Shown here one piece after another: positions 34,958 through 46,555 of a stretch of 64,000 nt of DNA. Each line of letters starts with the position of its first letter. Positions within the stretch are counted from its first letter, which is position 1. The position numbers and the translations under genes were made by a program. The notes beneath the pieces were generated by a model. The model saw only the letters and a program-made list of their open reading frames with translations. It was not told where the DNA came from and made no database searches. Origin of the DNA: Scyliorhinus canicula (taxonomy: Eukaryota); contig NC_052153.1 of assembly GCF_902713615.1 (NCBI RefSeq), positions 142,181,772-142,245,771 of the forward strand, read 5' to 3'.

Positions 34958-37474
34958 TGGATGCGTACCCTCTTCCCAGGATTGCAGACATGGTGAATCA
35001 GATCACCCAGTACCGCATTTTCTCCACGGTGGATCTGAAGTCTGCATACCACCAGCTCCCAATCCGCCCGGAGGACCGCCACTACACAGCGTTCGAGGCA
35101 GATGGCCGCCTCTTCCATTTCCTCCGGGTTCACTTTGGCGTCACGAATGGGGTCTTGGTGTTCCAACGAGCAATGGACCGAATGGTGAACCAGTACGGGC
35201 TGCGGGCCACGTTTCCGTACTTGGATAACGTCACCATCTGCGGCCATGATCAGCAGGACCACGACGCTAACCTCCATCGATTTCTCCAAACTGCCCAGAA
35301 ACTTAACCTCACGTATAACACGACCAGGCTAGCCATCCTCGGCAATGTCGTGGAAAATGGAGTCCTGGGCCCCGACCCGGACCGTATGCATCCCCTCTTA
35401 CAAATCCCTCTCCCTCATTGTCCCAGGGCCCTCAAAAGGTGCCTGGGATTCTTCTCGTATTATGCCCAGTGGGTCCCTCAGTATGCGGACAAAGCCCGCC
35501 CACTATTTAAGGCCACACTCTTTCCTCTGTCAGATGAGGCTCGCCAGGCCTTCGACTGCATCAATGAGGACATCACCAAAGCCACCATGCGGGTGGTGGA
35601 TGAATCCGTCCCTTTCCAGGTGGAGAGCGACGCCTCAGAGGTCGCTCTCGCAGCCACTCTAAATCAGGCAGGGAGTCCAGTCGCCTTTTTCTCCCGAACC
35701 CTCTCCGCTTCGGAACTTCGACACTCCTCAGTCGAAAAGGAAGCACAAGCCATTGTGGAAGCTATGCGACACTGGAGGCACTACCTCGCAGGTAGGAGGT
35801 TCACCCTCATCACTGACCAAAGATCGGTTGCCTTCATGTTTGACAACTCACAAAGGGGCAAAATAAAAAATGATAGAATCCTGCGGTGGAGGATCAAACT
35901 CTCCACCTACAAGTACGATATTATGTATCGACCGGGGAAGCTCAACGAGCCCCCAGATGCCCTGTCCCGCGGCACGTGCGCCAGCGTGCAAGACGACAGC
36001 CTGAAAGCTATCCACAATGACCTCTGCCACCCGGGGGTCACCCGGCTCGCCCATTACATCAAATCCCGAAATCTGCCTTTCTCCACCGAGGAGGTAAAAG
36101 CCATCACCAGGGATTGCCCGATCTGCGCGGAGTGCAAACCGCACTTCTATAGACCAGACAGGGCCCACCTGGTAAAGGCATTCGGGCCCTTTGAACGCCT
36201 GAGCATCGATTTCAAAGGGCCACTCAGAATGTGTACTTCCTGAACGTCATCGCCGAGTTCTCCCGCTTCCCCTTTGCTATCCCGTGCCCCGATATGACCT
36301 CCCACACAGTCATCAGAGCTCTGCACAGTTCTTCACCCTGTTTGGTTTCCCCAGCTACGTACACAGCGACAGGCATTCGTCCTTTATGAGCGACGAGCTG
36401 CGTTAGTACCTGCTCGACAAGGGCATCGCCTCGAGCAGGACTACCAGCTACAACCCCAGGGGGAACGAGCAGGTGGAGAGGGAGAACGCGACGGTCTGGA
36501 AGACCGTCCTACTGACCCCACGGTCCAGGAATCTCCCGACCTCCCATTGGCAGGAGGTCCTCGCCGCCGCGCTCCATGCTATTAGGTCCCTCCTATGCAC
36601 AGCCACCAACCAGACCCCTCACGAACGGCTATTTGTTTTTTCTAGGGGCACTACCACTGGGGTTTCGCTCCCAGCATGGTTGAAGACACCAGGCCCGGTT
36701 CTCCTCCGGAAGCACGTACGGGCACACAAAACTGACCCACTCGTAGAAAGAGTGCTCCTACTCCACTCCAACCCACAATACGCTTTCATTGAATATCCTG
36801 ATGGCTGTCAGGACACTGTTTCCCTCCGGGACCTGGCGCCTGTAGGATTCAACTCCACCACCACAGCCGCCGAGGTACCCCTCACACTACACCCCACACA
36901 ACCCTCCACGCCCTGTGCTCCCGCACCTACAGGTTCACGGCCCGTGCTCCGCGCCCCCGCGCCTATAGGTTTCCTGCGCTCCTCGCCGTCAAACCAGTCG
37001 GGTACGAAGCTCGGACCGAATCCCCCTCGGAGTCCACTATCGTACCCTCACCGACCGTCACCACCCAGCCACCCGAAGAGGCTGCAACCCCGGTGCTTCG
37101 CCGATCCCAAAGGACGACTCGGCCACCGAACCGGCTCAATTTGTAGACCCATCACCCCCGCCGGACTTGATTTTTTTACAGGGAGTGAATGTGGTGAATT
37201 ATAAACCTAGTAATTCACACTGTGTTCTTGTGGACTCTGTATACGAGCCGTTGCGCAGCTGTGCCCATAGGGGGAGATGAGGAGTTTGTACTGGGCTCCA
37301 CCCTTGGCTCCGCCCATGGCTCCGCCCATGGGTCCTCCCACTAACCGGAAGTATAAAGCTCTGCAGTCATGAGCCTTCTGCCAGTTCATCTCATCGCAGG
37401 CAGGCTCTGTTGTAAGATTGTTAAAATCACTGTTCACTTCCAACCACGTGTTTTGTGAATTGATGGTCTCATCA
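34958..37474 (+). mobile_element. pol: 5'-deleted Gypsy element B (RT-RH-IN and 3' LTR), same lineage as element A
   Basis: Begins at DAYPLPRIADMVNQI and carries YLDN. A 7-aa deletion lies at the end of RT; the integrase has frameshifts and a stop. Purine tract TTTTTTTACAGGGAGTGAA precedes the LTR. Confidence 0.93.
37190..37474 (+). repeat. 3' LTR of Gypsy element B (~285 bp)
   Basis: TGTGGTGAA...AATTGATGGTCTCATCA parallels the termini of LTR A. Tandem GGCTCCGCCC boxes and TATAAA are present. Confidence 0.8.
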
Positions 37475-38378
37475 CTTATAAATCAATGAAATTAATCTCA
37501 CAGAACTATTCAACTTCAGAAAGTTCGAACATTAATAGCAAGGAGTTTCACTCTCTTAATGTTCAGATTGTGTGCAACTACTGATTCTGAATAATGCACG
37601 TCTGTGCCCATTTCCCTGGGAGTGTGCACGACTGTTACATCCTGGGACACTCAGAGATCCCTGGTGCCATTGAGGATCATCCCAAGATGACGGGTTGGTT
37701 CATTGGGACAAGCGGTTATGACTGGGGTTATGACTGATGACGCTGGTGCGAAGGCCTGAGACCGAGGCAGAGACTCGATACAATGAGGTCCATGTTGCCA
37801 CCCGTGCTGTCCTTGAGTGGTGCATCAGGTTGCTGAAAATGCAGTTCCAATGCTTTGATCGCTCTGGCAGTGCCTTGCAGTACACCCCCCAGAGAGTCCC
37901 TGCTTTGTGGTGATCTGTTTTGCCTTTCACATTCTGGCACAGCAGCAGGATGACATGCTGGATGAAGAGGAGGAGCACGCGCACGTGGAGGGACATGCGG
38001 CCTCATCTGAGCAGGAGGAGGTGGTCCAAGAAGGACTGGAGGATGAGACAAGGAGGAGCCAGTGGATGGAGGACAGGTGGAGGACAGGTGGAGGCAAGAA
38101 TCTGATATGTGAGGGAGGCCCTCATCATGTCTAGATTCTGCTAGGAGGCTGTGTCCATCAGCTCAATGCACCCCCCCTCCCATTTTCCTCCCTACAATAT
38201 CCCCATTTCAATGCCTGCTTTCCCCCAGTCTCCCTCACCCCATTTTCCTCACTCCCCCATTCCTCCTCTTTGCCCTCTTCCCCCATTCCCTGCACTCTGC
38301 CCCATTCAGTTCCACCCCAATCACCCCCGTCCTCCCCCTTTTCCCTCTCTCCCCCCGTTCCCTCTTCCCCATGGTTAC

Positions 38379-38643
38379 ATTAACACTGCAATGAAGTTAC
38401 TGTGAAAATCCCCTAGTCACCCACACTCCAGTGCCTGTTCGGTTACACCGAGGGAGAATTCAGAATGTCCAATTCACCTAACAAGCATGTCTCTCAGGAC
38501 TTGTGGGAGGAAACTGGAGCATCCGGAGGAAACCCACACAGTCACGGGGAGAGCGTGTAGACTCCGCACAGACAATGACCCAAGCCGAAAATCGAACCCT
38601 GATGCTGTGAAGCAACAGTACTAACCACTGTGCTACCATGCCC
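38379..38643 (-). mobile_element. V-SINE with alternative tail
   Basis: HE1 head plus TTTTCACAGTAACTTCATTGCAGTGTTAATGTAA tail. Confidence 0.85.
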
Positions 38644-39050
38644 AAATTATGCAATCTCTCCTCATAAGTCAATCCTTTCATCCCCGGAAACAATCTTGTG
38701 AACCTCCTCTGAACTGCCTCCAATGTCACCACATCCTTCCTCAAATAAGGAGACCAAAACTGGACCCGATACTCCAGATGTGAGTAGATGTCACCTACAC
38801 CCTATACAATTGCAACAACACTTCTCAACTTTTATATTCCAGTCCTTTTGTAATAAATGCTGAAATTCCATTTGCCTTTTTTATTACATGTGGTACTTGC
38901 ATAACGACTTTCTGCGATACATGAACAAAGACACCCAAATCGTTCTACCCAGACGCATTTTGAGTCTGCTTTCCAGTTCGATAATCATTTGCCTATTTTT
39001 TTGGCCAAAATGGACAACCTCACACTTATCCACATTAAACTCCATTAACC
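38644..39050 (-). mobile_element. CR1 LINE fragment
   Basis: RKDVVTLEAVQRRFTRLFPGMKGLTYEERL. Confidence 0.85.
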
Positions 39051-40703
39051 TATGGTCATGAGAAGATAAGATGGTAATTTCATTTACTGGGTCTGGACCC
39101 AGTAAAGCAAGCTGGATGAGTGGGCAGGCTATCCAAATCTACTGTGTTGAATTCTGGCTGATATATTTTGGGGATCATGTCATTGAAATAATTAATTAAA
39201 ACTCCATTCAAGGTACTCATCTAATCAGTGAGGTGAGGGTGGAAATTCAGCGAACATACAATATTTAAAAGGGATGTAATCAATCATGGATAGCTGCTAC
39301 AGGAAAGGCAATAGTTCCAGGGGTCCTGACAAAGCCAAGAACAAATGTATTTAGAAGATTTTTACAAGGTTAATGGGAAGGGGAAGGAAGGAAGGAACAA
39401 AAACAAAATGAGACAACCTCAGTCTCAAGGCACAAAATGGAACTTGGGGAAAATGAATACGTTTCGGAAAAGAGCAAAGAGCATATATTCTAGTCAAATG
39501 TTTGTACCTCGGGCGAATCTTGCACACACCAAGGATCTGGGATCAGCAAGAACCCTCCAGCAAGGCCTTGGTTGTTTACATCAGCGCAGACAGTCTCTAG
39601 CGAGGAGGAAATAACAATCCTGCTTTTGGGTGAAAGGTTTAATAATTCAAGACTGGCATTTAAACAATGTTCTGTGTACTGATTAAACAGTGTGCATTTG
39701 TGATTTAGAAGAGAGAGAGCTTCAGTAGAGTTCTCTCCCCGTGAGAGCTGTATTCGAGCCGAGGGGTGTATGAGAGGAGATTTCTGCTTCAGAAGTTTCT
39801 CTGGGGTACTGCCCTCCATGTTTGAATCATGAATAAATTCTTATAACCTGTCCCTGAGTCACAAGTGGTTAGTTTGAATAAGTCCACCGCAACAGTGACA
39901 AGAATGGTACAGCACTTGACTTCCTATTTGGTGCTGGTGAGGTTTGCTGCTGAAGGGGAGAAGAACACAATGGGTTGTTCTGTTTGTCATTTTAGAGGCT
40001 CTGAAGATAGCAGTCCACCATGTCGAGCAGGAGAGGATTGCAGGCACAATATCATCCACTCTGCAGCCTGGCAACACAGCAAGTGAAAGCAACAGACTAA
40101 AGAATCTGACAAGGTAAAATTACCCAACAGGACCATGTACTATTCTAGGTTTATTGTCCAAGTATTTAGCTGCTAGACTGGTCTACAATAACTGGTCAAC
40201 TGTGTTAAGTTGACAGACCAATCCGCATCAGTCCATCTCTCATGAAAGCCTATAGTTTATCGAGGCACGTGTTCAAACTATTGAAAGTCTTGTCACACTC
40301 AAGTCTTATAACTGTTTGTTCTAAAATCATGGCCAATTATTGACATACAGGATGCAATGCAGTTTGCAAATGCGTATGTTCTTGTTCAAATTATATCTCA
40401 AGAGCACTTCACTGTTTACACAAGGTGGCACATAAAAGAAGGAAACAGACACAACTGACTCAGAAAGAACCTCCCTTATTATTAGTAATCAAAGATGCGA
40501 TCAAAGTGATGCAAACTCCCACTGGTCCATGCACGCCTTGTGACCTACCACTGACCCTGGATAGTCTCACCTCATTGGAAGGTAGCAGCTGACTCAAACT
40601 GAGTGCAAGTGCACTTCTTGCTTTCCAACAAAAATGAACTTTTCCCATTTGCTAGATGCGGGAAACTTTTGTAGATCCAATGGTACTCCAGCTGAGATAG
40701 ATT

Positions 40704-40926
40704 TTTTTTTTAAATTTAGAGTACCCAATTATTTTTTCCCATTAAGGGGCAATTTAGCGTGGCCAATCCACCTTGCCTGCACATTTTTGGGTTGTGGGGG
40801 CGAGACCCACGCAGACACGGGGAGAAAGTGCAAACTCCACACGGACAGTGACCCAGAGCCGGGATCGAACCTGGGACCTCAGCGCCATGAGGCAGCTGTG
40901 CTAACCACTAGGCCACCATGCTGCCC
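40704..40926 (-). mobile_element. V-SINE, short-tail variant with a 15-bp TSD
   Basis: CAGCTGAGATAGATT at 40689-40703 and 40927-40941. Confidence 0.92.
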
Positions 40927-41385
40927 CAGCTGAGATAGATTGACTGCACGAACTAGAGAGTAACTGTGGGACCCTTGTGCACTGCAGATTTCAGGAATGC
41001 TTTCCAACTCATTTCAGAATGATTTTGACACAGGAAAGACAGATGTACAATGATTATGCTTCCAAGGTTAAATTATTCCAGCAAATAATAATACAGCTTT
41101 GATTCACAATACAAACACAACAAATTACTTCATCCTCAATCTAAATATGAATTTACCCATCAGCTTTACAATAAATGAATGTGAATATAGCCCTCAGGAG
41201 GAAACCTTTTAATTTCTTCACACCTGTTCTACATAATTGCTCCCCCTTTTCTTCTTTATTTACTAACATATACTCACAATGAAAATTCAAATTTATGGCC
41301 CAGCTTTGGAGTAAACAGGTCACCTTGAAGCCCAGCAATTTTATTTGGATGGCGTGGCTGCCTTCAGCACTGTACCAACATATTG

Positions 41386-41705
41386 ATAGAATCATAGAAT
41401 TTTGACAGTGCAGAAGGAGGCCATTCAGCCCATTGAGTCTGGACTGACCCTCTGAAAGCTCCATCTACTCCTCCTATCCACGTAACCCCACCAAACCTAT
41501 ACATCTCTGGATGCTAAGGAGCAATTTTATCATGGCCAATCTACCTAACCCGCACATCTTTGGACTGTGGAGGAAACCAGAACACCCAGAGGAAACCCAC
41601 ACGGACACGGGGAGAAAGTGCAAACTCCACACAGACAGTCACCCAAGCCGATATTGAACCAGGGTCCCTGCCACTGTGAGGCAGCAGTGCTAACCACTAT
41701 TACTA
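41386..41705 (-). mobile_element. HE1 V-SINE
   Basis: Reverse-complement HE1 body and tail. Confidence 0.88.
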
Positions 41706-42025
41706 TCAGCAGTTACAGTTAGGTGCTGGCCGACTTCTCCTGTAGACTCCTAATCGAAGCTCGAGCTTCAGGGCATGATTTAAAATCAGAAATAACCCAG
41801 CAGGTTAATCGCAAAATCCTGGATTTTAACTTCTGGGGGTATTGGCATTACTGGACATCTAGTTATAGAAAATATTGCATAACGCTAAACAATATACCAC
41901 ATGCTAAATAGATGGCCAAGATCCAGAAGGAGCTGCACTTTGGGAATAAGACCCCAAAATTACATTTAATGAAAATGGAAAGCAGTGCCTATGGTGTTGA
42001 CTCACATATCAATCACCTTTTTTTA

Positions 42026-44145
42026 TTCACAGAAAGAAGTCTTGTAACACCAGGTTAAAGTCCAACAGGTTTGTTTCAAACACTAGCTTTCAGAACACTG
42101 CTCCTTCCTCAGGTGAATGAAGACGTAGGTTCCAGAAAAATATATATAGACAAAGTCAAAGATGCAAGACGATATTTTGAATGCGAGCATTTGCAGGTAT
42201 TTAAGTATTTACAAATCCAGACAGAGGGGTAATCCCAGGTTAAAGAGGTGTGAAGTGCAGGATTTAAATCGTTTGAAGACAAATGTGAGGTAATACATTT
42301 TGGAAGGTCTAATACAGGTAGGGATTATACAGTGACTGGTAGAACCCTCAAGAGTATTGACAGTCAGAGAGATCTTGATGTACAAGTCCACAGGTCACTG
42401 AAAGGGGCAACACAGGTGGAGGAGATAGTCAAGAAGGCTTATGGCATGCTTGCATTCATTGGCCGGGGCATTGAGTATAAAAATTGGCAAACCATGTTGC
42501 AGCTGTATAGAACCTTAGTTATGCCAAACTTGGCGTATCGTGTTCAATTCTGGTCGCCACACTACCAGAAGGATGTGGAGGCTTTAGAGAGGGTGCAGAA
42601 GAGATTTACCAGGATGTTGCCTGGTATAGAGGACATTAGCTATGAGGAGAGGTTGAATAAACATGATTTGTTCTCACTGGAACGAAGGAGGGTGAGGGGC
42701 GACCTGATAGAGGTCTACAAAATTATGAGGGGCATAGACAGAGGGGATAGTCAGAGGCTTTTTCCCAAGGTAGAGGGGTCAATTACTAGGGGCACAGGTT
42801 TAAGGTGCGAGGGGCAAGGTTTCGAGGAGATGTACGAGGTACGTTTTTTTACACAGAGGGTAGTGGGTGCCTGGAACTCGCTGCCGGAGGAGGTGGTGGA
42901 AGCAGGGACGATAGTGACGTTGAAGGGGCATCTTGACAAATACATTAATAGGATGGGAATAGAGGAATACAGACCCCGCAAGTGCATAAGATTTTAGTTT
43001 AGACGGACAGCATGGTCGGCGCTGGCTTGGAGGGCCGAAGGACCTGTTCCTGTGCTGTACTTTTCTGTGTTCTTTGTTCTTGTTCTTTGTTGTCTCAAGA
43101 CAGAACAGTTGGTCGGATCTCGCAAGCCCAGGGTAGATGGTGATGGATGAATGTAATGCAAGATGAATCCAAGCTCCCGGTTGAGGCCGTACACGTGTGT
43201 GCGGAACTTGGCTATAAGTTTTTGCTCAGCGATTCTGCGTTGTTGCGCGTCCTGAAGGCCGCCTTGGAGAATGCTTACCCGAAGATCAGAGGGTGAATGC
43301 CCTTGACTGCTGAAGTGTTCCCCGACTGGAAGGGAACATTCTTGCCTGGCGATTGTCGTACGATGTCCGTTCATCCGTTGTCACAGGGTCTGCATGTTCT
43401 CGCCAATGTACCACGCTTCGGGACATCATTTCCTGCAGCGTATGAGGGCGACAACATTGGCCGAGTCACACGAGTATGTACCGCACACCTGGTGGGTGGT
43501 GTTCTCACGTGTAATGGGTGGTACCCAGGTCGATGATCTGGCATGTCTTGCAGAGATTGCCATGGTAGGATTGTGTGGTGTCGTGGTCGCTGTTCTGAAG
43601 GCTGGGTAGTTTGCTGCAAACAATCGTTTGTTTGAGATTGTGCTGTTGTTTTAAGGCAAGTAGTGGGGGGGTGTGGGAATGACCGTGGCAATATGTTCGT
43701 CTTCATCGAAGACGTGTTGAAGGCTGCGAAGAAGATGTCGTAGTTTCTCTGCTCCGGGGGAGTATTGGATGACGAAGGGTACTCTGTCGGTTGTGTCCCG
43801 TGTTTGTCTTCTGAGGAGGTCGGTGTGGTTTTTTGCTGTGGCGTGTTGGAACTGTTGATCCCGTTCGTACATAGATGTCTATTACGCTCCTCCTCGTCTG
43901 AGCAGATGCTGTGTATATGGAGAGCTTGTTCATAGGGGATGGCTTCTTTAATGTGATTAGGGTGGAAGCTGGAGAAGTTGAGCATCGTGAGGTTATCCGT
44001 GGGCTTGCGGTAAAGCGAAGTGCTGAGGTGACCATCCTTGATTGAGATGAGTGTGTCCAAGGATGCAACCGATTTTGGAGAGTAGTCCATGGTGAGTCTG
44101 ATGGTGGGCTGGAACCTATTGATGTCATCGTGTCATCGTTTCAGT
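42026..44145 (-). mobile_element. Penelope-like retroelement, 5'-truncated (RT C-terminus, GIY-YIG endonuclease, terminal repeat), interrupted by CR1
   Basis: LDTLISIKDGHLSTSLYRKPTD...FSSFHP (RT C-terminus); CDSANVVALIRC...WYIGE...RMNGH...PVGEHFSSQGH...EQKLIAKFRT..GLN (GIY-YIG). Hammerhead motif at 42081-42115. Confidence 0.9.
42256..43090 (+). mobile_element. CR1 LINE 3' portion inserted into the Penelope element
   Basis: 221-aa ORF at 42332-42997 (QRDLDVQVH...LERVQKRFTRMLPG...FFTQRVVGAWNSLP) and TTCTTTG tail. Confidence 0.93.
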
Positions 44146-45092
44146 GACTTTTTATTAATTAGCAGGATGTGGGCACCACTGGCTCGTTCAGCATTTATTA
44201 TCCAGCCCTAACTGCCCTTGAGAAGGTGGTGGCAAGCTGCCTTCTTGATCCACTGCAGTACCTGATGGGTAGGTACACCACAGTGCTGTCAGGGAGAGAA
44301 CTCCTGGATTTTGACTCAGTAACATTGAAGGAATGGTCCAGGGTCATTGTCTCTGTGGAGTTCGCACATTCTCCCTGTTTCTCCGTGGGTCTCAACCCCA
44401 CAACACAAAAAGATGTGCAGGGAAGGTGGATCGGCCATGGTAAATTGCTCCTAAATTAACATTTCTTTTTAAAAATGGATGGTGAGTGACTTGGAGGGGA
44501 ACCTCCAGGTGTTCGTGTTCCCAGGTATCCGCTGTTCTTTTCTTTCTGCATGGTAGTTGTCACGGGTTTGGAAGGTGCCCCCTAAGGAACATTAGTGAGT
44601 TCCTGCAGAGCATCTTGTAGATGATACATTCTGCTGCAACTGTGTGTTGGTGGTGGAGGGATTGAATGTTTGTAGAAGAGGTAGCGATCAAGTGGGCTGC
44701 TTTGTCTGGGTGGTGTCACACTTCTTGAGTGTTGTTGGAGCTGCATTCATTCAGGCAAGTGACGAGTATTACTTTACAGTCCTGACTTGTGCCTTTTAGG
44801 TGGTAGACAGGTTTTTTTTGTGGTGCGGAATGGAGATCGTCAAATGGTCAGTTACTTGCCACAGGATGCCTAACCTTTGACCTGCTCTGGTCGCCAAAGT
44901 ATAAAGAGGCCAGTCCAGCTCAGTTTCTGGTCAATGGTCACCCCCAAAATGTTGATAATGGGGGATTCAGCAATGGTAATGGCATTGGATGACAAGCGAC
45001 AATGGTTAGATCCCTCTTGTTGGAGATGGTTATTGACTGACATTTACATGGCGTGAATGTTATTTGTCATTTATCAGCCCAAAGCTGGATAT

Positions 45093-45357
45093 GGGCGACA
45101 CGGTAGCACAGTGGTTAGCATTGTTGCTTCACAGCGCCAAGATGCCAGGTTCGATTCCCACTTGGGTCACTCCGGGCGCTCCAGTTTACTCCCACAATTC
45201 TTGAAAGACGTGCTTGTTATGTTTATTGGACATTGTGAATTCTCCCTCCGTGTACCTGAACAGGCGCCACAGTGTGGTGACTGGTGGACTTTCACAGTAA
45301 CTTCATTGCAGTGTTAATGTAAGCCTACTTGTAACAATAATAAAGATGATTATTATT
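45093..45357 (+). mobile_element. V-SINE with alternative tail, internally deleted
   Basis: HE1 head and CACAGTAACTTCATTGCAGTGTTAATGTAAGCCTACTTG tail. Confidence 0.85.
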
Positions 45358-46364
45358 GTCCAGTTCATGCTGCATTTGAACATGAACAGCTTCAGTATCT
45401 GAGGAGTCGCGAACGGTGCTGAACATTGTGCAATCATCTGCGAACATCCACACTTCTCACCTTTTGATGGAAGGAAGGTCATTGATGAAGCAGCTGAAGA
45501 TGGTTGGGCTGAGGATACTACTCCGAGGAACTCTTACAGTGATGTTCTGGAGCTGAGATGATTGACCTCCAACCACCATAACCTTAGTTCTTTGTACCAG
45601 TTATGACTCCGATCAGTGGAGAGTTTTCCTGCTGATTCTCATTGACTCCAGTTTGGCTCGGTCTCCTTGATGCTATACTCGGTCAAATGCTGACTTGATG
45701 TCAAGGGCAGTTACCTCACCGCTGGCATTCAGCGCTTTTGTCCATGTTTGAACTAAGGCTACAATGGGGTCAGGAGCTTAGTGACTGAATGTCAGTGAGC
45801 AGATTATTGCTGAGTAAGTGCCATTTGATAACACTATTGATGACCCCTTTCATGACTTTGCTAATGGTTGAGAGTCAACTGATGGAACAATAATTGTACA
45901 GGTTAGATTGGTCACATTTCTTGCGTACAGGACATATCTGGGCAATTTTACACATTGCCAGAAAGATGCCAGTGTTGCAGCTGTACTGGAAAGCTAGGCT
46001 GGAGGCATGGCAAGTTCTGGAACGCAAGTCTTCATGATTATTCCGTGATATTGTCAGTATCCAGTGCCTTCAGCCATTTCATGATATCACGTGGAGTGAC
46101 TCGAATTGCCTGAAGACTGACATCTGTGATGCAGAGAAGGAGAGATGGATCATCCATTTGGCACTTCTGGCTGAAGATTGTTGTGAATGCCTTAACTTTT
46201 GCACAGATATTCTGGGCTCCTCCATCATTGAGGATGCGGATATTTGTGGAGACTTCTCCAGTGAGTTGTTTAATTGTCCACCACCATTCACAGCTGGATG
46301 GGGCAGGACTGCAGAGTTTAGATCTGTTCCATTGTTTTTGGAGTTTCCTGTGCTGTTCCTTTAC

Positions 46365-46555
46365 CATGATGTGGAGATGTCAGTGTTAGACTGGGGTGAG
46401 CACAGTAAGAAGTCTTACAATCCCAGGTTAAAGTCAACAAGTTTGTTTTGAATCACTAGCTTTCGGAGCGCAGCTCCTTCATCAGGTGAGATTCGAAAGC
46501 TAGAGATTCAAAACTACCCTGTTGGACTTTAACCTGGGGTTGTAAGACTTCTTAC
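46365..46555 (-). mobile_element. Penelope terminal repeat plus an inverted partial copy
   Basis: 46405-46465 and 46494-46555 are inverted repeats. Same family as 25991 and 42026. Confidence 0.8.
46453..46489 (-). ncRNA. Minimal type I hammerhead ribozyme motif
   Basis: UCAC-CUGAUGA-A-GGAGC-UGC-GCUCC-GAAA-GC-UA-GUGA: intact core, stem I (4 bp), stem II (5 bp) and palindromic AGCU in place of stem III. Confidence 0.8.

Larger units (their letters stand above)
28522..38150 (+). mobile_element. Decayed PIF/Harbinger transposon; transposase pseudogene split by two Gypsy insertions
   Basis: Rejoining 30112-30164 with 34770-34964 gives LFNELMDTMFCRRLRVSRQTVQHLCYILGNLAP...RLPVAVKVIATLNLYATRSFQ...LCGIS (HARBI1-like N-terminus). 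37530-37940 gives NSKEFHSLNVQIVC...AHFPGSVHDCYIL...YNEVHVATRAVLEWCIRLLKMQFQC (DDE core). Outer limits are approximate. Confidence 0.85.

Noticed and set aside
39490-39819. 109-aa ORF MEGSTPEKLL... as a host exon
   Set aside because: No recognisable homology and an in-frame stop shortly upstream; kept only as part of a TE-poor island.
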